Assembly: GCA_965214705.1 (NCBI GenBank)
Contig: CBDCCI010000002.1
Span: 2,464,001-2,528,000 of the forward strand
DNA length: 64,000 nt
Source: Alphaproteobacteria bacterium
GTDB lineage: Bacteria; Pseudomonadota; Alphaproteobacteria; UBA828
Direction: 5' to 3'
Below, piece by piece: positions 27,542 to 37,410 of the stretch. The position numbers and the translations under genes were made by a program. Positions within the stretch are counted from its first letter, which is position 1, and each line of letters starts with the position of its first letter. The notes below the pieces were generated by a model. It did not search any database. It was not told the origin of the DNA and saw nothing but the letters and a program-made list of their open reading frames with translations.

Positions 27542-29894
27542 ATGAACGGTCCCGAAGAGAGAGACCGTGAACTCCAAGCGCTCAGGGATCGCATCTCTGC
27601 GCTCAGCGCGGCCACCCTGCGGATCAGCGCGAGCCTCGACCTCGCCACAGTACTGCAAGAGGTCGTCGACAGTGCGCGCGCGCTCACTGGTGCGCGCTAC
27701 GGCGTCATCGCGACCGTCGACGACACGGGTGAGGTGCAAGATTTCGTCTCTTCCAGCTTCTCACCGGAGGAGCACGACCAACTCGCCGAGTGGGCCGACG
27801 GACCACGCCTCTTCGAGCACTTGCGGAACCTGCCCGGACCGTTGCAAGTCGGAGACCTGCACCATTACGTGCGCTCCCTCGGCTTTTCCCCGGACCTGAT
27901 GGTCTCAAGCACCTTGCAGGGCGTGCCGATGCACCACCGCGGTGTGCAGGTCGGCAACTTCTTCCTTGCCGGGAAGGGGGGCGGCGTAGAGTTCACCAGT
28001 GAGGACGAGGAGGTCTTGGTCCTGTTCGCTTCGCAGGCGGCGACTGCCATCGCGAACGCCCGCGCCCACCGCAAAGAGCAACGCGCCCGGGCCGACCTGG
28101 AGGCCCTCATCGACACCTCGCCGGTGGGTGTCGTGGTTTTCGACGCCCAAACCGGAAAGCCAGTGTCCTCCAACCGGGAGGCCAATCGAATCATCGAGCC
28201 CCTTCGCATCCCGGGCCGCCCCGCAGAAGAGCTGCTCGAGGTGCTGAGCTTCCGGTTTGCCCACGGGCGCGAGGTCGCGCTTGACCGCTTCTCGCTTGCG
28301 CAGGAGCTGAAGAACTCGGGGGTGGTGCGCGCGGAGGAAGTCGTGGTCTCGGTGCCCGACGGGCGGAACGTATCGATGCTGGTCAACGGAACGCCGATTC
28401 ATGCCGATGATGGAACGGTGGCGTCGGTGGTCGTCACCATGCAGGACCTTGCGCCGCTCAAGGAGCTTGAGCGGCTGCGCGCGGAGTTCCTGGGCATGGT
28501 AAGCCACGAGCTGCGCGCGCCGCTCACCTCCATCAAGGGCTCGACGGCCGCGGTGCTGGGCGCCGAGCCCGCCCTGCCGCGCGCCGAGCTAATGCAGTTC
28601 TTCCGCATCATCGACGATCAGGCCGACCACATGCAGGGCCTCATCGGCAACCTCCTCGATGCGGGGCGCATCGAGGCGGGGACGCTGTCCGTGGATCCAG
28701 AGCCCTCCGATATCGCCGCGCTTGTGGACCGGGCGAGGAACACCTTTCTGAGCGGCGGCGCCAGACACACGGTCATGATTGACCTGCCGCCCGACCTTCC
28801 GCGAGTGATGGCGGACCGCGAGCGCGTCGTGCAGGTGCTGAACAACCTGCTATCCAACGCGGCCCATCACTCTCCGGAAACCTCCCCCATTCGCGTGGAG
28901 GCGGCGCGCGAAGGGGTGCACGTGGCGGTCGCGGTCTCGGACCAGGGCCAGGGAGTGCCCCCTGAAATGCTGGCGAAGCTCTTTCGCAAGCATGTGGCGC
29001 TTGCCGGCGGCGACGGAGAGGGCGGAATCGGGGCGACAGGGCTCGGGCTTGCAATCTGCAAGGGGCTGGTGGAGGCGCACGGGGGCCGCATCCGCGCCGA
29101 GAGCGCAGGCCTGGGCCAGGGCACAAGGTTTACCTTCACGCTTCCGCTCTGCGACGACGGCGTCGGCGAGGCCCGATCCGGTCAAGCTCGCGCGCGCACC
29201 GCTGGCGTCTTTGGGCAGAAGCCGCGCATCCTCGTCGTCGACGACGACCCGAAGACCCTGCGCTACGTGCGCGACGCGCTTTCCCGGGCGGGCTACGCCA
29301 CGCTGGTCACGGGCGAGCCGGAGGAGCTGGCGAACCTGATTCGCACGGAGAGGCCCAGGCTCGTACTCCTGGATCTCCTGTTGCCGGGCACCGACGGCAT
29401 CGAACTGATGGCGCAGGTCCCGGAGCTCTCCGACCTGCCGGTGATCTTCATCTCGGGTTACGGCCGCGACGAGACGATCGCGCGGGCCTTTGAAAGCGGT
29501 GCCGCCGACTACATTGTCAAACCCTTCTCGCCGACGGAGCTGGTGGCGCGGGTCGGGGCAGCACTGCGAAGCCGTGCCGGCGCCGACCCCTTCGTTCTGG
29601 GAGCACTCGCCATCGACTACGAGCGGCGCAGAGTGACGGTGGAAGGGCGCGTGGTGGCGCTTACCGTTACCGAATACGAGCTGTTGCGCATCCTCTCGGT
29701 CAACGCCGGACAGGTGGTGACCTCCGACTCCCTGCTTCGCCAGGTATGGGGCGCGCGCGCCCGGAGACACCGAGCCCGTGCGCGCCTTTGTCAAGAAGCT
29801 CAGGGCGAAGCTCGGCGACAGCGCGGCGAGCCCCACGTACGTCTTCAACGAGCGGGGCGTCGGCTACCGCATGCCGAAACCCGGGGAGGACTGA
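27542..29894 (+). pseudogene. Hybrid GAF-PAS-HisKA-HATPase-REC-OmpR wHTH regulator with a frameshift at ~29751-29760
   Basis: SHELRAPLTSIKG, NLLSNA, GLGLAIC, LVVDDD, LLDLLLPG, DYIVKPF. The wHTH end (VRAFVKKLRAKLGD...NERGVGYRM) is in another frame and stops at TGA 29892-29894. Confidence 0.85.
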
Positions 29895-30009
29895 GTACCT
29901 TCCCCTAGCGCCCGATCCCGCGACGGGGGGCCGACTTGGAGCACGCAAGGACGGGGGAGAAGCGATTCGGTCTTGAGGCCGACTCGCGCCACGCGCCGGT
30001 CTGGCGCGC

Positions 30010-30942
30010 TCACGCGCGGGACGCCTCATTCGTCAGGGTGCCGAGGGCGTCGAGACACCGGCGGGCGGCCCGCCGTTGGCGTCCACGTCTGGTGAGCCGG
30101 GCGAAGCAGCTCCGGTTGGGTTCGACGAAGCCGTCCACGACCGTGACCAGCGTCCCAGCGTTGAGGTAGCGATCGATGAAGTGACGCCAGCCGAGCGCCA
30201 GGCCCTGCCCGGCGACGGCCGCTTCGAGCAGGTAGATGTAGTCGTCGATGCCGATGTACCGGGGCAGCGGCGCCGGATATCCGGCCGCCTCGAACCAGTC
30301 ATGCCAAGTCGCCCAGCCTCGCGGGGACCGGGCGAGTCTAAGAAACGGCAACGAGCTCCAATCCGCGACGGGTCGGGCCAAGACGTGCGCGTGGGTTGCG
30401 GCGAAGCCGGGCGAACAAACCGGCGTGACGGCCTCCTCGAAAACCGTCACCCAATCCGCGGGCGCGCGGTCAGTTTCATCGAAGACGATCACCAGATCGG
30501 CCTCATCGTCGCCCAGCCGGTCGAGCATGTCGGGGTCGAGCGTGAGGACGCGCAGGCAGGCGTCCTCGCCGATCGCCTGGCTCAGGTCTTGGAAGCGCGG
30601 CATCACAAACTGGTACGAGGTTCCAGGGCCGCAGGCGACGACCACCCGCTGGTCCTCCGAGACGCTCGAAGCCGTACGCGCACCCGCGGCGATGCGCGCC
30701 AGACCGACGGCGACGGCGCGATGGAAGACTTCTCCCGCCGGAGTGAGGCTTACGGCGCGGTGGCTGCGTTCGAACAGTCGGACGCCGATCTCGTGCTCCA
30801 GCTCCGCGATGTAGCGGCTGACGGAAGGCTGGTGGGTCCCCAGCTCCTCGGCGGCACGGTTGAAGCTCGAATGTCGTGCGGCGGCGTCGAACGCACGCAG
30901 GGCGTGCATCCGCGGGAGCGGTCCATCGGGATTTTTTAGCAT
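30010..30942 (-). CDS. LysR family regulator (GcvA-like)
   Basis: LRAFDAAARHSSFNRAAEELGTHQPSVSRYIAELE; AAVAGQGLALGW. Confidence 0.93.
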   Translation of the reverse strand: MLKNPDGPLPRMHALRAFDAAARHSSFNRAAEELGTHQPSVSRYIAELEHEIGVRLFERSHRAVSLTPAGEVFHRAVAVGLARIAAGARTASSVSEDQRVVVACGPGTSYQFVMPRFQDLSQAIGEDACLRVLTLDPDMLDRLGDDEADLVIVFDETDRAPADWVTVFEEAVTPVCSPGFAATHAHVLARPVADWSSLPFLRLARSPRGWATWHDWFEAAGYPAPLPRYIGIDDYIYLLEAAVAGQGLALGWRHFIDRYLNAGTLVTVVDGFVEPNRSCFARLTRRGRQRRAARRCLDALGTLTNEASRA

Positions 30943-31231
30943 AACAGAACCGGTATCGATTCGCCGAAAACTTTGTATTTCACAAAGGCGGTGCGCTTCC
31001 GTCTACTCGCACGCATCCCGGCTAGGATCAAGGGGTTGGCGGAGTGCCGGAGCGGATCGAGCATCGGGAACGACACCCGCTGGCGCGGCGCAACCGACAC
31101 AGTTTCGTGGGTCACTAATGGCCGGTGGGAGATCGCTGTCGCCTTTGGCAAACCTGAACGAATCCGCGCCGCAGCGAGGTGCAAGCTGATGGGCTGCGCC
31201 TGCGCCGTCACGAGCCGCGGATGAGCCAAGA

Positions 31232-32473
31232 ATGACCCGCGGCCACCCGATTATCCGGGGACGAGAAGAAGATGGTCGCGTCAGCGAAAAGGGCCGCCGG
31301 AACCGTCAGTCGGTTCTCGAGCAAATCCTGCTGTTCGGACCCATATCCAGAACGGCAATTGCGGATAGAGTCGGCCTGACCGCAGGGGCAGTGTCGCGCA
31401 TCGCACGTCCACTAATCGATGAAGGTCTGGTGCGGGAATTGCCCGAGAAGCTCCGCGATGGTCCGGTCAAACCGGGTCGCCGCACCATGCGCTTGGATAT
31501 TGACCCCCAAGGAGGCCAAGTGCTGGGAATCGGCATTGACCCGACCTTCCTGACAATCACGTTGGCCGATATCAAGAACAATACCGTTGCGACCAGCAGT
31601 GTTGAGCTCGATACCATTGAGGAGCCCGACTTGGTCATCCGGCGCGTAGCACGAGAGAGTCGACGCCTGATCGGGGCGCATCTCGATGACCGAAGGCGCC
31701 TGATCGGCGGTGTTCTTACGATTGCGGGCGCGGTGGACCCGGTACGAGGAGACCTTCTGGTTTCGCCTCATCTTGGATGGGGCCCCTTCCCGGTACGCGC
31801 CAGGCTTGCAGACGTCCTCGACCTGCCGGTGAGAGTCCGATCAATGGCGGCCGCCATCGCGCAGGCAGAGACGCTCTTTGGTGCGGCACGCGGTTTCAAC
31901 AACGTGCTGACGCTGGTCTGCGGGCTGGGGATCGACGCGGTCGTAATTTTGGGAGGCCGACTGGTTGATCGAGAAGGATTCCCTGGCGGGGGGATCGGCG
32001 AAATGGAAGTGACCGGAGAGGACGGCACTGTCTCGACGCTTGACCAGCTGGGGGGTGGGCTCGGCATGCTGCGGTGCTTGCGCGGTGAAGACTTGACGCC
32101 CTCACGATGGCCGCTCTCTTCGGCAGCGCGAGCCCTTCGCGAAGCCGTAGAGCGTGACCAAGCCGACGATCCGATGGTTAGAGCGTTGATGGCGCGAGCG
32201 GGTCGCGAGTTCGGTCGCGTCGTTGTTCAGTTCGCCCGTCTGGTTGTGCCTGAGGTCATATTGCTTGCCGGCCCGTTGTCAGAAGCGCCCGGCTTCATCG
32301 AAGCGGCTAGACAAGTCGTTGCCGGGGGGATAGCGCCGCGTCGTGCCGAGGTCATCACCGGTACCTTCGCGGGCCCCTCCTCCGAGGGGTCGGTGGGTTG
32401 CGCGATGGCCATCCACGAATATCTGCTTGGAGGCGCCCTCAATTTGGACCGTCCGCGCCTCCGACCCGGATAA
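31232..32473 (+). CDS. ROK family transcriptional regulator
   Basis: GPISRTAIADRVGLTAGAVSRIARPLIDEGLVRE HTH, GRR, LGIGID; degenerate ROK domain. Confidence 0.85.
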   Translation: MTRGHPIIRGREEDGRVSEKGRRNRQSVLEQILLFGPISRTAIADRVGLTAGAVSRIARPLIDEGLVRELPEKLRDGPVKPGRRTMRLDIDPQGGQVLGIGIDPTFLTITLADIKNNTVATSSVELDTIEEPDLVIRRVARESRRLIGAHLDDRRRLIGGVLTIAGAVDPVRGDLLVSPHLGWGPFPVRARLADVLDLPVRVRSMAAAIAQAETLFGAARGFNNVLTLVCGLGIDAVVILGGRLVDREGFPGGGIGEMEVTGEDGTVSTLDQLGGGLGMLRCLRGEDLTPSRWPLSSAARALREAVERDQADDPMVRALMARAGREFGRVVVQFARLVVPEVILLAGPLSEAPGFIEAARQVVAGGIAPRRAEVITGTFAGPSSEGSVGCAMAIHEYLLGGALNLDRPRLRPG

Positions 32474-32559
32474 CGACAGCGCTCTCATTAAAGACCCTCG
32501 ACGCGGCCCGGGACTCCGGGACGAGGGATTCGGTGAGCCATTCCATCGCCTTCATCCCT

Positions 32560-33672
32560 CTACTTACGGGAGAGTAGGCGTAGCGGGTCCTGCGGCTCGC
32601 CGTCGCGCCGGATCTCGAAATGGGCCTGCGGGCGAGAGACGCCGCCAGACCTGCCCGAGTGCGAGATCACCTGGCCGCGCCTCACCACGTCGCCCTTCCC
32701 CACCAGGAGGGAGTCGTTGTGGGCGTAGGCCGTCATCCAGCCGCCGTCGTGCCGGATGAGCACGAGGTTTCCATACCCCCTCAGCTCGTTGCCGGCATAG
32801 GCCACCACGCCGTTCTGCGAGGCGCGCACCTCGCTGCCGACAGGCACGGCGATGTTGATCCCGTCGTTATGCTTGCCGCCGGGCTTGGCGCCGAAGCCCG
32901 AGATCACCCGGCCTTCGAGCGGCCAGAGGAAGGTGTTGCGCGTGGGCGGCAGCGGCACGTGGTCCGGCCCGGACTGCCGCGCCAGCGCGTACAGCGTGGG
33001 GCGGGGCGGCGTCGCTTCCGGCTCCGCTCGCGCCACGCGAGGGCCGGGGGAGTCCGGCGGCTCCGGTGCCGCAGGCCCCGCCCGGACCGACGGCGCGGAC
33101 TCCACGGGCTCCACATGGATGTTCGGAGCGGGCGCCGCAGTCACTGTACGCGCGGGTTCTTTGGGCTCCACGCGGGCTGACGCTGCGGGCTCGGCTTCGA
33201 ACGCGGCGACCGTTGTACCGTTCCGAGCGAGGGGCAGTGTCTCCCCCGTCGGCGCGCGATGCCGGGCGACGGCAAGGGCATTCTGTGGAAGCCGAAGCCG
33301 CTGCCCCGTTCGCAGCCAGTAGGGGTAGGTCAGGCCGTTCAGCTTGATGACCGCGACCGTCGCCACGCCGTAGCGGTGGGCGATTTCGCTGACCGTGTCG
33401 CCGGCGCCGACCGTCAGCAGCAGCGCCGGCTTCTCGCGCGGCGGCGGCTGGGGCTCTGCCACCTCGAAAGGCGGCGGCATCCTCTCTTCCGGTGCCGGAG
33501 CGGCACGCGGCTCCGCCGGAACCGGATCGACTTGGGCGGTCTCCTGTTTCATCAGCTTTTCAACGCTGGCCTGAAGTTCGCCGCAGGCGCTCACTCCCAC
33601 GAGCACAGCCACCATCAGTGGGGCGCCCACGACGGGCGCGATCAAGCCGGTCTCACGCAGGTGTCCCATCAT
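32560..33672 (-). CDS. nlpD: LysM + M23 peptidase lipoprotein (NlpD-like)
   Basis: Lipobox VSAC, LysM VGAGDTVSEIAHRYGV, FLWPLEGRVISGFG, NDGINI, YAHN, HFEIR; follows surE. Confidence 0.88.
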   Translation of the reverse strand: MMGHLRETGLIAPVVGAPLMVAVLVGVSACGELQASVEKLMKQETAQVDPVPAEPRAAPAPEERMPPPFEVAEPQPPPREKPALLLTVGAGDTVSEIAHRYGVATVAVIKLNGLTYPYWLRTGQRLRLPQNALAVARHRAPTGETLPLARNGTTVAAFEAEPAASARVEPKEPARTVTAAPAPNIHVEPVESAPSVRAGPAAPEPPDSPGPRVARAEPEATPPRPTLYALARQSGPDHVPLPPTRNTFLWPLEGRVISGFGAKPGGKHNDGINIAVPVGSEVRASQNGVVAYAGNELRGYGNLVLIRHDGGWMTAYAHNDSLLVGKGDVVRRGQVISHSGRSGGVSRPQAHFEIRRDGEPQDPLRLLSRK

Positions 33673-34424
33673 TCGATGACCTCCCGCAGCCATGTCAGGG
33701 TCCGCCGGTGGGTAAGGTCCATATGAAGCGGGGTGACCGAGACGTAGCCCTTGTCGAGAGCATTCATGTCGGTGCCGCGCTGCCCGCTGCCGGCGGCAGG
33801 CAACTGCGCACCGATCCAGTAGTAGGACCTGCCCCGGGGGTCGATCCGCTCCTCCAGGGTGTCGTCGAGCGCGTGCAAGCCCTGCCGCACCACCCTGATC
33901 CCGCGCACCTCGGCAGCCGGCAAGTCGGGGAAATTCACATTGATGAGGACACGCTTGGGCCATCCGCGCTCGATCAGCATGGGCAGGAGACGCCCAGCCC
34001 ATTGCTCTGCAGTCGCCCAATGGTGCTTGCGGTCATCCCCGTAGGCCTGGCTAAGCGCAACCGCGGGCGCGCCGAACAGTGTCGCCTCCATGGCTGCCGC
34101 GATGGTGCCGGAATAGGTCACGTCCTCGCCGACGTTGGGGCCGTCATTGACGCCGGAAAGCACCAGGTCGGGCCGGCCGTCGGCCATGATCTTGTTGAAG
34201 GCGAGGAAGACGCAGTCGGTGGGCGTGCCGTTGACCGCGTGGCGGCGCTTCGAGATGCGGCGGATGCGGAGCGGCCGGTGCAGGGTGAGTGAGTGCGACG
34301 CCGCGCTCTGCTGGGTCTCGGGCGCCACCACCCACACGTCGTCGGAGAGGCCGCGAGCGATCCGCTCCAGCACCTTGATGCCGGGCGCCTCGATGCCGTC
34401 GTCGTTGGTGACGAGGACGCGCAT
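33669..34424 (-). CDS. surE: 5'/3'-nucleotidase SurE
   Basis: [35 protein letters not shown]. Confidence 0.97.
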   Translation of the reverse strand: MRVLVTNDDGIEAPGIKVLERIARGLSDDVWVVAPETQQSAASHSLTLHRPLRIRRISKRRHAVNGTPTDCVFLAFNKIMADGRPDLVLSGVNDGPNVGEDVTYSGTIAAAMEATLFGAPAVALSQAYGDDRKHHWATAEQWAGRLLPMLIERGWPKRVLINVNFPDLPAAEVRGIRVVRQGLHALDDTLEERIDPRGRSYYWIGAQLPAAGSGQRGTDMNALDKGYVSVTPLHMDLTHRRTLTWLREVIE

Positions 34425-35698
34425 CAGCCGATCGCCTCCAGGCCGCCGAGATAGGAGCGGAGCGCGTCGGGCACCGCCACGCCGCCGCCCTCCTGCTGGT
34501 AGGCCTCCAGCACTGCGACCAAGGTGCGGCCGACCGCGAGCGCCGAGCCGTTGAGGGTGTGAACGAACTGCGTCTGCCTCTCGCCGGCCTTGCGGTAGCG
34601 CGCGTTCATCCGCCGCGCCTGAAAGTCCCAGCAGTTGGAGCAGCTGGAGATTTCGCGATAGCGCCCCTGCCCCGGCAGCCAGACCTCGATGTCATAGGTC
34701 TTGCGCGCCGCAAAACCCATGTCGCCCGCGCACAGCACCACCACCCGGTAGGCAAGGCCGAGGCGCCTCAGCACCTCCTCGGCGCAGGCGGTCATGCGCT
34801 CGTGCTCGGCCTCCGAATCCTCCGGCCGGGTCACGCTCACCAGCTCGACCTTGGAGAACTGGTGCTGGCGCAGCATCCCTCTGGTGTCCTTGCCGGCGGC
34901 ACCGGCCTCGGCCCGGAAGCACGGCGTGTAGGCGGTGAAGCGCAGCGGCAGCGAGTCCGCCTCCAGGATCTCGCCGGCCACGAAGTTGGTGAGCGGCATC
35001 TCGGCGGTGGGGATCAGCCAGAAGCCGTCGGTGGTATGGAACAGGTCTTCCTCGAACTTCGGCAGGTTGCCGGTGCCGAAGGCAGCGGCGTCGCGCACCA
35101 GCAGCGGCGGCGCGGTCTCGGTGTAGCCGAACTCGGTGGTGTGCATGTCCAGCATGAAGGCAGCCAACGCCCGCTCCAGCCGCGCCAAGGCACCCGAGAG
35201 CACGACGAAGCGGGAGCCCGAGAGCTTGGCCGCCCGCTCGAAGTCCATGAGGCCCAGCGCCTCGCCGATTTCGAAGTGTTGCCTCGCGCTGCCGTCCGCA
35301 TGCGCAGGCTCGCCCCAGCGCCTGATCTCGACGTTGGCGCCCTCGTCGTCGCCGTCGGGCACATCGTCTGCCGGCAGGTTGGGCAGGCCCGCGAGCAGCG
35401 CGTCGAGCTTGGCGCCGAGCGCCTTCTCCTCCCGCTCTAGCGCTTGGGCGGTTTCCTTCAGCACCGCCACTTCGGCGCGAAGAGCGCCCGCGTCCTCGTC
35501 GTCGCCGCGCGCGCGGGCGGCGCCGATCTCCTTCGACATCAAATTGCGCGTATGCTGCTGTCCTTGGAACTTCGCCTGGACTTCGCGTCGGCGTGCGTCG
35601 AGCTCGAGCACCTTGTCGGCATGCGGTTCCACGCCGCGCCGGGCGAGGCCCGCGTCGAACGCGGCGCCGTTCTCGCGAATCCACCGGGCGCTGAACAT
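34424..35698 (-). CDS. serS: Serine--tRNA ligase
   Basis: [52 protein letters not shown]. Confidence 0.98.
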   Translation of the reverse strand: MFSARWIRENGAAFDAGLARRGVEPHADKVLELDARRREVQAKFQGQQHTRNLMSKEIGAARARGDDEDAGALRAEVAVLKETAQALEREEKALGAKLDALLAGLPNLPADDVPDGDDEGANVEIRRWGEPAHADGSARQHFEIGEALGLMDFERAAKLSGSRFVVLSGALARLERALAAFMLDMHTTEFGYTETAPPLLVRDAAAFGTGNLPKFEEDLFHTTDGFWLIPTAEMPLTNFVAGEILEADSLPLRFTAYTPCFRAEAGAAGKDTRGMLRQHQFSKVELVSVTRPEDSEAEHERMTACAEEVLRRLGLAYRVVVLCAGDMGFAARKTYDIEVWLPGQGRYREISSCSNCWDFQARRMNARYRKAGERQTQFVHTLNGSALAVGRTLVAVLEAYQQEGGGVAVPDALRSYLGGLEAIG

Positions 35699-35708
35699 GA
35701 CGGCCGGG

Positions 35709-35736
35709 CTTGTAACCCTCGGGCATCCGTTGTCAA
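35709..35736 (-). promoter_or_regulatory. Possible sigma70 promoter of serS
   Basis: TTGACA-16 bp-TACAAG on the minus strand, just upstream of the ATG. Confidence 0.4.
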
Positions 35737-35919
35737 TACATCAATGCGCAGAATGGCTTCGGGCTTTGAGCTATCACCCGGTGCGCAATTGTGCGGTTAT
35801 GCCCGTAAAACAAGGCAAATTGGGCGCATCGGCGTTCATGGCATCGGCGGGAAGTCTGCCCCGGACCCTGCCCACGAATTGCGCCTTGCGGCGTCGAATC
35901 CTGTACAATTCTTCGCATA

Positions 35920-36708
35920 ATGACCGCCGAGTCGCGGCCCGTGCCGGGCACCGCGCGAGCGGTAGAGGCGGCGGGGCCGGAAAGGAGTGAGCGGGTGGCC
36001 GAGAGGCAGGTGGAACGGACGCTCTCCATCGGCGACGCCGTGCGATTCAGCCATCGCGGACGGACAATTCACGGCCACCTCCTCCGCCGGCCGGGCCACA
36101 GGCGCCTCGCGACGGTGATCGACGGCGAAGACCAGACGTGGAAGGTGTCGGAGGCGGCGCTCTCGCCCTCCGGCCGCGCCCGCCGCGCGACGATGCTGAC
36201 ACCGCAAGACACGGCGCGCGCCCGCTGGCGGGTGGGCGACCGGGTGACCTTCGCCAGCGCCGACGGCGCGCTTCAGGGCAAGATCGTGAAGCTCAACCCG
36301 ACCCAGGCCAGGGTGCGGGTGAGCCGGACCCTGTGGAACGTGCCCTACGCCGGCCTGAGCGACGCGGGCACCGGCAAGGGCCGTTTGAGGAACGGGGCGG
36401 AACGGCTGACCCGCATCGCCGCGATGGCGCGGGATTTGATGGACGAGCACGGCCTCGACACGTGGACCTTCGCCTTCCTCGAAGCCGAGCGGCGCCTCGG
36501 CGACTGCAACTTCCAGGAGCGCGTGATCCGCATCGGCCGGGCTCACGCCCTCGACGCCAGCGAGGCCGAGATCAGGGATACGATCCTGCACGAGATCGCC
36601 CACGCGCTGGCCGGCCCCGAAGCCCGCCATGGCGCTCGGTGGAAGGCCATCGCCAAGCGCATCGGCGCCACCCCGAGAGCGAACGTCTACGAACGCCGCG
36701 GGCGGTAA
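35920..36708 (+). CDS. SprT-like zinc metalloprotease domain protein with two N-terminal SH3/KOW-like repeats
   Basis: RRLGDC, DTILHEIAHAL, HGARWKAIAKRIG. Start uncertain. Confidence 0.85.
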   Translation: MTAESRPVPGTARAVEAAGPERSERVAERQVERTLSIGDAVRFSHRGRTIHGHLLRRPGHRRLATVIDGEDQTWKVSEAALSPSGRARRATMLTPQDTARARWRVGDRVTFASADGALQGKIVKLNPTQARVRVSRTLWNVPYAGLSDAGTGKGRLRNGAERLTRIAAMARDLMDEHGLDTWTFAFLEAERRLGDCNFQERVIRIGRAHALDASEAEIRDTILHEIAHALAGPEARHGARWKAIAKRIGATPRANVYERRGR

Positions 36709-36727
36709 GGGCGGGACGGCACAGTGG

Positions 36728-37015
36728 CTACGCCGTGATCCGCACCTGCAATCCCAGCGCCCGCGCGATCCGCGTCACTGTCGCAAAGCTGGGGTTCCCG
36801 TCCTCGGACAGCGCCTTGTAGAGCCCCTCGCGGCTCATTCCCACGTCGCGAGCCAACTGGCTCATGTTGCCCGCCCGCGCGATGTCGTTCAGAGCGGCGC
36901 GGACCAGACTGCCGTCGCCCGGATCCTCATCGGCGCAGGCTTCCAGATAGAGGCGCGCATCCTCGCGGGTCCGCAGGTGCTCGGTAACGTCCCACTTCGT
37001 GAACGCTTCGGTCAT
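36728..37015 (-). CDS. Addiction module antidote protein (HI1420-like)
   Basis: FTKWDVTEHL, ALNDIARAGNMSQLARDVGMSREGLYKALSEDGNPSF. Confidence 0.92.
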   Translation of the reverse strand: MTEAFTKWDVTEHLRTREDARLYLEACADEDPGDGSLVRAALNDIARAGNMSQLARDVGMSREGLYKALSEDGNPSFATVTRIARALGLQVRITA

Positions 37016-37308
37016 CGATTCCTCCACTCCCTCGCCAGCCTGCCGGCGCGCCCGATGTCGCGATTCTGGCTGCCCTTGTCGCCCCCGCAGAGCAAGACCA
37101 CTGCCGAGCCCTCGCGCAGGAAATAGATGCGGTAACCGGGTCCGTGATGCACCCGCAACTCGAACAGGCCGTCGCCCACCGACCTCGCATCCCCGACGTT
37201 GCCCAGCGAGACGTTTCTCAAACGCGCGTTGATCCGTGCAACGGCGACCCGATCGCGCAATCCACGAATCCAACGCCTGAACGTGGCGCTCTCAACAACC
37301 TCGGGCAC
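37012..37308 (-). CDS. RelE/ParE-family addiction module toxin (HI1419-like)
   Basis: GNVGDARSVGDGLFELRVHHGPGYRIYF, LLCGGDKGSQNRDI; ATGA overlap with the antidote. Confidence 0.92.
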   Translation of the reverse strand: MPEVVESATFRRWIRGLRDRVAVARINARLRNVSLGNVGDARSVGDGLFELRVHHGPGYRIYFLREGSAVVLLCGGDKGSQNRDIGRAGRLAREWRNR

Positions 37309-37410
37309 GGATTAAGTGTAAACTATGGTTCACATCTAATCAAGAGCGGCGGCGACAAGTGTGAAGCGAACGGGGCCGCTTGAACGGAGCGGCCCCTGGC
37401 AAACCGCCTA

